NCBI GenBank assembly: GCA_963820525.1
Contig: CAWGAA010000003.1
Coordinates: 544,001 to 608,000, forward strand
Direction of reading: 5' to 3'
DNA length: 64,000 nt
DNA from: an uncultured Spirochaetota bacterium
Lineage (GTDB): Bacteria; Spirochaetota; Spirochaetia; SZUA-6; Fen-1364
Below, piece by piece: positions 38,693 through 47,280 of the stretch (position 1 is its first letter; every line of letters starts with the position of its first letter). The notes below the pieces were generated by a model. It saw only the letters and a program-made list of their open reading frames with translations. It did no database searches and was not told where the DNA came from. A program made the translations under genes and the position numbers.

Positions 38693-39539
38693 CGTGGTTT
38701 TCACGTGTTTCCTCGACTTTGCTGGTGGAGCTGTCCCGCGGAACCGAAGCCCCCGCCGAAGGGGGAAGCCGCGCGCCATATTGCCGGCGAAGCATCCCGA
38801 GCCAGACGATGGTCGCCGCAGAGAACGCCATGACCGCCAGAAAGCTGATAATAACCGAAACGGACCAGAAAGGAATAGTGGTCCCGAGCAGGGATACGGG
38901 ACCGCGCGGCGCGGCCCCGACGGAGCGAAGGCTCAGGATGGCCGAGATGGGGCTTGCGGCGGGGAAGAAAAGCATCGTGGCGAAGATCCAGAACCCTCCG
39001 AATCCGGCCAGGATCGTGTTCTTGATCCCCCGCATGTCATTGAAAACGGTAAAGAGAAAGAAGGCAAGGGATCTCAGGGCGAGGGCGGCGGATCCCGTGA
39101 TGAGCCAGACGAGGCCAAGCTCGGCGTAAGTCGCCCCGCATACCCCGCGCGATGCCAGGAAGAAGGGAACGCTCAAAGCCAGGAGCAGGAGAACGTGGAG
39201 GAAGGCCGCGGCGAGCCTGCCCAGGACGAGGGCGGAAACCGCAACGGGGGTCAGGGTCACCAAATCGCGCACGCCGGCGGACTCCGGCCCGGCGTAGTCC
39301 TCGGAGCCGAAGCGGGCGTTCATGTAGGCCAGGCAGACGATCAGGCCGATAGCCGTCGCGGTGACCGTCTGGGGGACCTCTCCGGAGCGCATGAACTCCG
39401 ATATCGGTCCGCGGGGCCACCAGAAGAACGTGAGGCAGGACAGGATGACGAGATACAACAGGTAGGTTCGAAGGATCTGCGGCCGGGAAAAGGAATCGGC
39501 GAGGCTCTCTCTAATGAAGGGATTGGCGGCAAGCTTCAT
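38661..39539 (-). CDS. ABC-2-permease-like membrane protein
   Basis: NPFIRE, DLVTLTPV..LVLGRL and about 6 TM helices. Confidence 0.65.
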   Translation of the reverse strand: MKLAANPFIRESLADSFSRPQILRTYLLYLVILSCLTFFWWPRGPISEFMRSGEVPQTVTATAIGLIVCLAYMNARFGSEDYAGPESAGVRDLVTLTPVAVSALVLGRLAAAFLHVLLLLALSVPFFLASRGVCGATYAELGLVWLITGSAALALRSLAFFLFTVFNDMRGIKNTILAGFGGFWIFATMLFFPAASPISAILSLRSVGAAPRGPVSLLGTTIPFWSVSVIISFLAVMAFSAATIVWLGMLRRQYGARLPPSAGASVPRDSSTSKVEETRENHDVDTTGDLSP

Positions 39540-41422
39540 CGGTACTCCACGACCAAGAGGTGCAGGGGATCGTCGACCGCGCGGAAGCTTGGCGGCCTTT
39601 CCAGGGGAAGGGGAGATCCGTCGAGCCAGGCGAAAAACAGCGGCGAGCCCTTTTCGAAGCCGGGTCCGACCTGCCCCCAGAGCGCCCGCCGGCGTTCGTC
39701 GCCAATGACCGAGTCGGCGGCCCGGCTTCTCCCCCGATCGACATTCCCGAAAGGCTTCACGACCCGCTCCACCGTGGATTTGCCCGGCACGTCGCCGAAG
39801 GGATACAGCCCTCCGAAGTAGGAGAGAAAGCCGCCCTGAAGGGCGTAGGGAGATCCGTTGGAGACTGAAACGAAAAGCGATCCGGGACCTTTCCTCACGG
39901 CCAAGCGCACATCCAGCTCCACCACGGCCTCGAGGCTGATCATCCTGTCATCGAAGCGAGAAAGCCGAATCCCGGAAAACCGTGTTCCCTCCCCCTCTTC
40001 CACCCGGAACCTTCCGCCCCGCACGATGTCCCGAGGCGGCATCGTCTCGCCGGCCGCGACGCCCCCTCGTGAAACCGCGAGATCCACGGTGCCGCTCCCG
40101 ATGGAAAAAAGCCCCACCCTTTCGCGTACGAGGGCGAGGCCGTCACCCGAGACGGTTTCCGCCGTGGATGCCTCCACCAGGAGCGAGCCGCCCCGGAAGA
40201 ATACGCGGTCGAACAGGGCCCACCCGGCCGCCGAAGCCGCCAGGGCGGCCGCGACGAGGAGCGCGGCCCGGACGGACGGTCTCATCCTGCCCTGCCCGCC
40301 GATGACGATGAGATACACCGCGAGAAGGTAGAGGATGATGAAAAAAAGGAGGGCGGAGCCGCGGGGAAAGGCGTAGGAGCCCCCTCCCAGGGAAGCTTTC
40401 AGCCAGGGATCGTCCACCGGGTTCAGCGTCTCGCCGCCCCGTATCCGCGCCGTAGCGCCGCCGGCGAGCATCCTCCACATGGCCTTATTGCCGGGCCACG
40501 CGTTCATTGGAGCCTGGGCGCAGTCGAAAGCGAGGAACCTGATCTGACCATGGCCGAAATGCCGCGTGGCGATGATGGGAATTCCATCTTCCTCGGCGAG
40601 GGCGCTCGAGCCGGCGGCGAGGCGCGAAGCGGCGAGAACCATGCTCCCGCGCGGGGCAGAGAAACCGCCGAAGAGCCTCCCCAGAGAAGCGATGCCGCTG
40701 CGCGGGACGATGCCCGTCACCTCGACGGGGAGCAGGGGTTCCAGCCCCGCAGCCTTGAGCTGGAGAGCCGAGGGCCCTCCCGAGACCACAAGGATGCCGC
40801 CGGCGAACACCCATTGCGTGAGCGCGGAGACCTGGGTCGCGCGGAGGTTCTGGAAGGCCGTGTCGTGCACGAGCACGGCATCGGCCCCGTCGTAGCCCGA
40901 CCATCTGTCGGGAAGATTCTCCACGTGGGGGTAGACCACGCGGGTGCTCTCCAGAAGGTCGGAGAGAAAATCCAGGGAAAGTTCGCTGGAGACCGCCACC
41001 ACGATCCGCTCGGTGACGATCATGTCGCTCACGTCGACGCTGCCCCGAAAAAGCTCCCTGCCGCCGGAGTCGACCCGCACGACGAGGGGCCGCGAGGGAT
41101 TCGGGATGGAAAGGGCGAAAGACAGCCGCCGGTGCGAATGGGCCGGAAGAGAAACAGCCTGGGCATAGGTCTGGACGACAATGGTATGGCGGAACTCGTT
41201 TCCCGAGACGACATCGACGCTCACCGTGCAGGCGAGCTTCTTGCCGCCGTTCTCCATGCTCACGATGACCGGGGTGTACCTGCCGGATCGTATGATCCCA
41301 TTCCAGCCCACCGCCACGTCGCAGGAGAGCCCGCTCTGCGCCCACAGGGGACCGAGCGTCAGGATGAAGGCGAAGAGGAGGAGCTTAGCAGGAGGTTTGG
41401 CTCTGACCAAGGACTTCGACAA
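39536..41422 (-). CDS. Exported/membrane hypothetical protein with GATase-like domain
   Basis: Signal peptide, G.YTPV.V, LP..W.GY.G.D, WVFAGG.LVVSGG and two central TM helices. Confidence 0.7.
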   Translation of the reverse strand: MSKSLVRAKPPAKLLLFAFILTLGPLWAQSGLSCDVAVGWNGIIRSGRYTPVIVSMENGGKKLACTVSVDVVSGNEFRHTIVVQTYAQAVSLPAHSHRRLSFALSIPNPSRPLVVRVDSGGRELFRGSVDVSDMIVTERIVVAVSSELSLDFLSDLLESTRVVYPHVENLPDRWSGYDGADAVLVHDTAFQNLRATQVSALTQWVFAGGILVVSGGPSALQLKAAGLEPLLPVEVTGIVPRSGIASLGRLFGGFSAPRGSMVLAASRLAAGSSALAEEDGIPIIATRHFGHGQIRFLAFDCAQAPMNAWPGNKAMWRMLAGGATARIRGGETLNPVDDPWLKASLGGGSYAFPRGSALLFFIILYLLAVYLIVIGGQGRMRPSVRAALLVAAALAASAAGWALFDRVFFRGGSLLVEASTAETVSGDGLALVRERVGLFSIGSGTVDLAVSRGGVAAGETMPPRDIVRGGRFRVEEGEGTRFSGIRLSRFDDRMISLEAVVELDVRLAVRKGPGSLFVSVSNGSPYALQGGFLSYFGGLYPFGDVPGKSTVERVVKPFGNVDRGRSRAADSVIGDERRRALWGQVGPGFEKGSPLFFAWLDGSPLPLERPPSFRAVDDPLHLLVVEYR

Positions 41423-41828
41423 TTGTGGATCGCTCTTGTCCGCCTCCGGTGAGCTTCTTGTTCACCAGCCAAACCAACCCGAAGGCACCCACGAAGAACA
41501 CCGCCGCCGCGCCCATTCCGATGCCCTGGGCGGAGGAGGCGAGGTTGAGAATCGGGGCTAGAGCGGCGCCCGCCGCATAGCCCACGAAGAGCAGGACGAG
41601 CGGAAGGCCAAAGAGCAGGAGGGAGGCCCCCAGCGGCGAAGCGCTCCGGGTCTCGATGCGCACAACGTCCCCGGGGGAGACGCCGATGGCGTCAACAACC
41701 TCGGCGATCATGTATTTTCCGGTCTCAGCCATCAGGCACCCGTGACAACCCTCGCAGGCTTCGGAGCGCTCGATGCGCACGCGAGCCTTGCCGTCCTCCT
41801 TTTCAACGACGATCCCTCTCTCCTCCAT
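41385..41828 (-). CDS. RseC/MucC family membrane protein
   Basis: MEERGIVV..RSEACEGCHGC..GDVV and two TM helices. Confidence 0.85.
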   Translation of the reverse strand: MEERGIVVEKEDGKARVRIERSEACEGCHGCLMAETGKYMIAEVVDAIGVSPGDVVRIETRSASPLGASLLLFGLPLVLLFVGYAAGAALAPILNLASSAQGIGMGAAAVFFVGAFGLVWLVNKKLTGGGQERSTIVEVLGQSQTSC

Positions 41829-41840
41829 CTCGATCCTCCC

Positions 41841-42374
41841 TCAGGGTGCCATTGGAGTATACTCGTCCTGGACCCGAGAGTCGAGCATCCGGTCCCCCTC
41901 GAAGACGAAGAAGCCGCGGAATCGCTTTCCGGCGAGCATGAGCGGCAGCCACAGCCTGTCGTCTTCCCACATTCGCCGGTAGGGGATCCTGTCCACCGGC
42001 GTCCACAGGGGCGCCGCCTCGCGCGTCTCACGCGGCTCACCGTTCACGCCCGAGGCCGTAAAGACGGCGCCGTGAAGCGAGTATCCGTCGGTGAACTGGA
42101 AATAAAGCTCTCCGCAGGCGCGCACGCCGGTGGGGGTGACGCACAGCTCTTCCTCCACCTCCCGCACGGCGGCCTGCATGGCCTCTTCCCCCGCCTCAAT
42201 GCGGCCGCCCGGTCCGTTGATCTTTCCCGCTCCCAGGCCTGTTTTCTTGTGGATGAGGAGTATCCTGCCATCGGAGATCACGAACAGGAGCGTGGCCTTT
42301 TCCACGGGCGTCCAGCGCGGCCAATCGATATCCGCAATCCTCCTCGGCACGGGGCTTTCAAGCGGTTCGCTCAT
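41841..42374 (-). CDS. NUDIX hydrolase, 8-oxo-dGTP diphosphatase-like
   Basis: KKTGLGAGKINGPGGRIEAGE...AAVREVEEE Nudix box and MWEDD..WLP. Confidence 0.9.
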   Translation of the reverse strand: MSEPLESPVPRRIADIDWPRWTPVEKATLLFVISDGRILLIHKKTGLGAGKINGPGGRIEAGEEAMQAAVREVEEELCVTPTGVRACGELYFQFTDGYSLHGAVFTASGVNGEPRETREAAPLWTPVDRIPYRRMWEDDRLWLPLMLAGKRFRGFFVFEGDRMLDSRVQDEYTPMAP

Positions 42375-43372
42375 CCCAGAACCTCGCACAACACTCGAAG
42401 GAGATTCCCGCCGATGATCTTCCCCGCATCCTCTTCCCGGAAGCCCGCTGCAAGGAGTGCATCCGTGAGCCGGGGCAATCCCGTCACGTCCTCCAGCCCC
42501 TCGATCGCGCCGGAAAACCCGTCCCAATCCGCGCCCAGCCCCACGTGGTCCACGCCCGCGCGCTCCACCGCATGCTCGATCACGCGAACGACATCGGCAA
42601 TCCGAACAGAAGCGGCTGGATCCGCTCGAGCAAGGATATGATCGGGAACGAAATCGATACAGACCACTCCCCCGTTCCGCTTCACGGCCTCCAGCTGCTC
42701 GTCGTCGAGGTTTCGAGGATGATCCCAGAAGCGGCGCAGGCCGGTGTGGGAGTCGACCACGGGCCGCTTCGCCAGCGACAGCACGTCCCAGAAGGTGCTC
42801 TCGTTGGCATGAGCGACATCGACAATCATCCCGCGTTCCTCGAGGGCGGGCACGAGCTCCCGGCCGAAGGGCGTGAGGCCGTTTCCCGGTCCCGGCGTCA
42901 GGCATCCCCGCGCGGCTTCGTTGTCGTGGTTGTGCGTGATCGTGACGCCGGTAACGCCGAGGCGCCTGAAGATATCCAGGGTGCGCAGGCTGCCGCAGAG
43001 CGGCGTGGCGCCTTCCAGAAAAAGGAGAAACCCGCATTTTCCGGGCTCGCAGGCCGCCCGGAGATCCGCCGCCGAGAGGATGGGACGGAAGGGAGAGGGA
43101 AGCGCCGCATTGCCGGGGGAATCCAGCAGGGCATGGAAAGCCCACACGAAATTGAGCGCGTACCGCAGCGCATGGATGCCCGTGTGCTCCGGCAGCGTAT
43201 ATGCGGCCATGACCTGCACGTTCTGGCCCGCCTCACGCAGCCTCTCGGCGTCCAGGTGCCCTTCCCGGCCCCTAGTGAAAAATGAGGGGGGATCGTCGAG
43301 ATAGCGCCCGATGGTATCGGCATGACCATCAATGATCGGGAATCTTCCATGAATTGCACGTGAATCCGGCAC
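42371..43372 (-). CDS. Membrane dipeptidase (peptidase M19)
   Basis: IDGHAD, LEG, DVAH, DSH, RNL.D and HVGLGADWDG. Confidence 0.9.
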   Translation of the reverse strand: MPDSRAIHGRFPIIDGHADTIGRYLDDPPSFFTRGREGHLDAERLREAGQNVQVMAAYTLPEHTGIHALRYALNFVWAFHALLDSPGNAALPSPFRPILSAADLRAACEPGKCGFLLFLEGATPLCGSLRTLDIFRRLGVTGVTITHNHDNEAARGCLTPGPGNGLTPFGRELVPALEERGMIVDVAHANESTFWDVLSLAKRPVVDSHTGLRRFWDHPRNLDDEQLEAVKRNGGVVCIDFVPDHILARADPAASVRIADVVRVIEHAVERAGVDHVGLGADWDGFSGAIEGLEDVTGLPRLTDALLAAGFREEDAGKIIGGNLLRVLCEVLG

Positions 43373-43466
43373 GTTTGGCTCCCAGGTGCGGAAACACTAA
43401 CCCATCCCGGCGCTTGTGACAATGACGGATTCGGCCTATTCTTGAAGGGAAAAACGGGAGGGTTCG

Positions 43467-44678
43467 GTGGACCTGGTCCTCAAGATCTTCCTGTCGCTGA
43501 TTTGCGGATACCTCCTGGGCTCTCTCTCCCCCGCGTACATCCTGGGAAGGCTCGTCAAGGGAATCGACATCCGCACCGTGAACTTCAGGAACGCGGGAAC
43601 CCGCAACGTGAAGGCCACCCTCGGGTTCTGGCCCGCCGCGATCACGGCTGTGATCGACACCACCAAGGGAGTCGCGGCCCTCCTCGTTTCCCAAATGCTC
43701 TTCGGACTTCCTCCCGCACTGGCCGCCATTCCCGTGGCCGCCGCCGTGGCAGGGCACATCCTTCCCTTCTACCTCGGGTTCCGGGGCGGAAAGGGGACGG
43801 CAACGGCGATCGGCGTTTTCATCTTTCTCACCTCGCTCCAGATGGCGGAGGGAAGCTTCAGCCCCATCACATTCGCGGCGCTCCTCCTGGTGGCACTCGT
43901 CTTCCAGGTGGCCGCGAGAAACGGCGACGTGACGGGAATGGTGACGTTCCTCATGATGACGGTGATCACGCCGATCGAGATGGCGGCGAACGGCTATCCG
44001 CCGTGGGGGCCGCGAGGGGACGCGGCCCTCGACACGGCGATCTCGCTTTTCATATTCGCCTCCATTACCCGGACCGCCGTGATCAGAAAGACCTTCCGCC
44101 TCGAGCGGAAGGTGGAGATCAAGCCCTGGAGGTTGATCGCGCGGCCCTTCGCCCTCCTGTTCATCCCCATAGACCTTCTCTGGGGACGGCGGGTTGTTCT
44201 GCTCGTGATCGGGGTCGTGTCGCTCGTCTTCATTCTGGCCGACATCGTCAGGTTCCTGAGCAAGCGCAGCATTGCCGTCTTCTTCAAAGCGGCCGAGGCC
44301 AGGAGATTCTCCTCGATGACGTACTTCCTGGTTTCCGTGTTCGTCTCGTTCCTCGCGTTCCCCGACGAGATCCCCTACCTCACATTGAGCTTCACCACCA
44401 TTGGAGATCTCTTGGGAAAGCTCATTGGGCTGCGGTTCGGCAGGACCGCTCTCTATAAGGAAAAAACCCTCGAGGGATCCCTGGGCTTCTTCGGCGGCAG
44501 CGTCATGACTGCCTATATTCTCTCGCGCCTGCTGCCGATCCCGCTTTTGTTCGTATTCCTGGGGGCCGCGTTTGCCGCGTTGGTGGAGCTGTACTTCGAT
44601 CTGCTCGACGACAACTTCTCCGTCTCTCTTCTGTCCGGCGGACTGCTCTACGCCCTGCGGTTCTTCCGAAACCTCTAG
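43467..44678 (+). CDS. plsY: PlsY acyltransferase fused to a CTP-dependent phytol/dolichol/DAG-kinase-like domain
   Basis: YLLGS, DIR...NAG..N, D..KG, GH and FRGGKG; C-terminal GD...LIG..FGR...KTLEGS..E...DDN. Confidence 0.75.
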   Translation: MDLVLKIFLSLICGYLLGSLSPAYILGRLVKGIDIRTVNFRNAGTRNVKATLGFWPAAITAVIDTTKGVAALLVSQMLFGLPPALAAIPVAAAVAGHILPFYLGFRGGKGTATAIGVFIFLTSLQMAEGSFSPITFAALLLVALVFQVAARNGDVTGMVTFLMMTVITPIEMAANGYPPWGPRGDAALDTAISLFIFASITRTAVIRKTFRLERKVEIKPWRLIARPFALLFIPIDLLWGRRVVLLVIGVVSLVFILADIVRFLSKRSIAVFFKAAEARRFSSMTYFLVSVFVSFLAFPDEIPYLTLSFTTIGDLLGKLIGLRFGRTALYKEKTLEGSLGFFGGSVMTAYILSRLLPIPLLFVFLGAAFAALVELYFDLLDDNFSVSLLSGGLLYALRFFRNL

Positions 44679-44761
44679 CGGCGAAAGGCGCGTTTTCAAT
44701 CGGCGCGCGGTCCACCTCTGACCTTAACGCCTGTTCAGATACCGCAGATTCGCGTTTTTTC

Positions 44762-44790
44762 TTGCATTGTGGGGTATCGTGGTTTATACT
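44762..44790 (+). promoter_or_regulatory. Sigma70-like promoter with no downstream plus-strand gene
   Basis: TTGCAT-17 bp-TATACT. Confidence 0.65.
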
Positions 44791-44795
44791 GTGGC

Positions 44796-44913
44796 CGATG
44801 AATTTAATTCATCGCTAAAGGGGAACGTGAGAAGCAGGGTCCTCCCAATGGAGGAAGACGCGCTCTCTAAGAGAGCCCACTCTGGAAAAGCCTCTCATTT
44901 CCCCTTTCTTTTT
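44796..44913 (+). ncRNA. Candidate small structured ncRNA (about 118 nt)
   Basis: Promoter upstream; 5' hairpin; closing stem AAAGGGGAA/TTCCCCTTT followed by a T run; two internal hairpins. Confidence 0.55.
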
Positions 44914-44958
44914 GCCCATGAGCTGAAGCGTCGATAAACGCGCGGTGTCGAGCAGCGC

Positions 44959-45777
44959 TCACGCCCTCCTCCCGGCAACCTCAGCAAGTTGTTCCCAATA
45001 CCGGCGCGGCATCAGCCTCGCCTGCAGCCGATGATTCCTCCGCTCCTGTATCGCGATGCTGTCGAAATATTCGCGCCACATTGCCGCAACGAGCGGCTCT
45101 CGGTCCTGCGAAAGGGCCTCGTGAAGCTCGGGCGGCATGTCCCGTAGGTCGACGATACCCCAGCGGCGGAATTTTCTTTTTCCGGCCACGGCGGGAGCGG
45201 GCCCCGCTTCCCGTTTCCGCCAGAACCCGATGCGGCGGCGGACGTCGTGGATCAGGAATGACTGGTCGGGAAAACGATCGGCGAAATGGGGGCCGATGAA
45301 CCCCACGATGTCCGCGTCGGGTTTCACGGGAGCGTAGTACAGAATGTCCGTCACTCTTCGAAAGCGCACGAAGCCCAGGAACTTGTGAATTTCATTGGTC
45401 ACGCGGTCGCGGATTAATCGGAGCATCCGCACGTCGGGGAGGGAGACGTTGTCGATCACGGGCGCGCCGGCGGCCAGCGTGAGATCGATGTAGCGGAGGA
45501 GGAGCTGCGGAGCCCGCGGGTCGTTGGACGCGTGAGATACGATCAGGGTTTCGATCTCTTCGGCGCCGGCAGCGGCGGCGAAGCGGGCGGCGAGCGCCCG
45601 GGCCCGGCGAGGGTCGGTTGCCACCGAGACATTCGCGGAGAAAAGATCGTCAACTCGATGTTCGACGCAAGAGACCGAGACATCCTCCAGCCGGGCGCCG
45701 GCGGAGACGGCGCGAAAGGCCTCCGAGGCGGCGCAGAGAAACCCGTCAAAGCAACCGTCGTAGAGGTGGCGGATCAT
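44959..45777 (-). CDS. TIGR03915 family putative DNA repair protein (DUF4130)
   Basis: YDGCFDGFL, EIHKFLGFVRF, HFADRF, W.EYF..I.I.ER.N and MPRRYW. Confidence 0.92.
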   Translation of the reverse strand: MIRHLYDGCFDGFLCAASEAFRAVSAGARLEDVSVSCVEHRVDDLFSANVSVATDPRRARALAARFAAAAGAEEIETLIVSHASNDPRAPQLLLRYIDLTLAAGAPVIDNVSLPDVRMLRLIRDRVTNEIHKFLGFVRFRRVTDILYYAPVKPDADIVGFIGPHFADRFPDQSFLIHDVRRRIGFWRKREAGPAPAVAGKRKFRRWGIVDLRDMPPELHEALSQDREPLVAAMWREYFDSIAIQERRNHRLQARLMPRRYWEQLAEVAGRRA

Positions 45778-47174
45778 GGAAGCATCCCAAGCGCAAGAGC
45801 TTTCTCATCCTCGAACAGGGAAAGCTGGCCGAAAGCCGATCGGCTTCGGGGGTCCGCCTGACGGAGGCGCATCCGCATGAGAGACCTGTCGAGGTCCTTT
45901 CCCTCCAGGGATTTTCCTCCGCAGAGCATGAAGTAGCGGGATCTCTTCATGAGGACGCCGATCCCGCGAAGCGTGTCGAAGGACAGCGGCCCGAAGCGCC
46001 TGGCCTGGACGATCTTCTGGGCCGATTTCTGGCCCACGCCGGGGATGCGAAGCAATGCTTCATAGTCAGCCCGGGTCACCTCCACGGGAAACGCCTCCGG
46101 GTGGCGCAGCGCCCATGCGCATTTCGGATCCAGGTCCAGATCGAGAAACGGGTTGGCGGCGCTCAGGAGCTCTTCCGCGCGAAAGCCGTAGAAGCGGAGG
46201 AGCCAGTCCGCCTGGTAGAGCCTGTGCTCCCGTCCCAGAGGGGGGGCCGCCAGGATGGGCAGGCGCGGGTCCGCGCTCAAGGGAACAAAGGCCGAATAGT
46301 ACACCCTTTTCAATCGGTAGCGCTCGTAGAGCAGCTCCGAGAGCCCGAGGATTTTCAGGTCGCTTTCGGGGCTTGCGCCCACGATGAGCTGTGTGCTCTG
46401 CCCCGCCGGGGCGAATGCGGCGGTGCAGAGAGTTGGCCGGCGAGGCCAGGGCACCGGGAGCCGGGCACGAGGAGCGCGGGCCGCCGGATCCGCGGCAGCG
46501 ATGGTTTTGAGCCCGCATCCCCGACTGGCGGGTATCGAGGTGAGACGGCCCAACGGAGATTCGCTTCTGTTGAAGTCGATATCCGTCTTGACGCTCGACA
46601 TGGAGGAAAGGATGAGGCGGCCGTCCTTCTCCGGGGCGAGCCGCGCAAGGCTCGCCCGGGAGGGAAGCTCGATATTCACGGATACGCGGTCCGCCCAGAA
46701 TCCCGCCTCGCGTACCAGCCATGGCGATGCGCCGGGGATGATCTTGAGGTGGATATACCCGTTGAACCCCGACTCCAGCCTGAGGGTGCGGGCGACGCGC
46801 ACGAGCCGCTCCATGGTATGGTCCGCGCCTCCGAGCACGGCGGAGCTGAGAAAGAGCCCTTCGATGAAGTTGCGCCGATAGAAGCTCTCCGTGAGCGATA
46901 CCAGCTCCGAAACGGTGAAGGAGGCCCGCGGAACGTTTCTCGACCTCCTGTTGGCGCAGTACGCGCAATCGTTCTCGCACGCATTGGTGAAGAGCACCTT
47001 GAGCAGGGAGATGCAGCGGCCGTCATCGGCAAAGCTGTGGCAGATCCCTGGAGCCACGGCATTGCCGAACCGGGACCCCGGGAGGCTTCCCGGCCGTTCC
47101 GCTCCGCTTGTGGCGCAGGAGACATCATACCTCGCGGAACCTGCCAGGATTTTCAACTTTTCAAGAATATCCAC
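45774..47174 (-). CDS. TIGR03916 family putative DNA modification/repair radical SAM protein
   Basis: KL.IL...ARYDVSC, GICHSF..DGRCISLLK, CENDCAYC, REHRLYQADWLLRFY and HhH LLRIPGVG. Start inferred at GTG 47174. Confidence 0.93.
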   Translation of the reverse strand: MDILEKLKILAGSARYDVSCATSGAERPGSLPGSRFGNAVAPGICHSFADDGRCISLLKVLFTNACENDCAYCANRRSRNVPRASFTVSELVSLTESFYRRNFIEGLFLSSAVLGGADHTMERLVRVARTLRLESGFNGYIHLKIIPGASPWLVREAGFWADRVSVNIELPSRASLARLAPEKDGRLILSSMSSVKTDIDFNRSESPLGRLTSIPASRGCGLKTIAAADPAARAPRARLPVPWPRRPTLCTAAFAPAGQSTQLIVGASPESDLKILGLSELLYERYRLKRVYYSAFVPLSADPRLPILAAPPLGREHRLYQADWLLRFYGFRAEELLSAANPFLDLDLDPKCAWALRHPEAFPVEVTRADYEALLRIPGVGQKSAQKIVQARRFGPLSFDTLRGIGVLMKRSRYFMLCGGKSLEGKDLDRSLMRMRLRQADPRSRSAFGQLSLFEDEKALALGMLP

Positions 47175-47280
47175 GCCTCTTTTTATACTATACAAATGTT
47201 ATGCTGTCAATTGTTTCGTATAGGGAACCGCATTTGAGGTGCCCGCGAGCATGGTGTAGGCTCGTCGAGGACGAACACCG

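Noticed and set aside
44870..44900. Glycine riboswitch (ACTCTGGAAAAG resemblance)
   Set aside because: No CCGAAG/CTCAGG aptamer core and no downstream same-strand gene.
46420..46580. Insertion in the TIGR03916 protein as an intein or mobile insert
   Set aside because: Short, low-complexity Pro/Arg/Ala linker without intein terminal residues.
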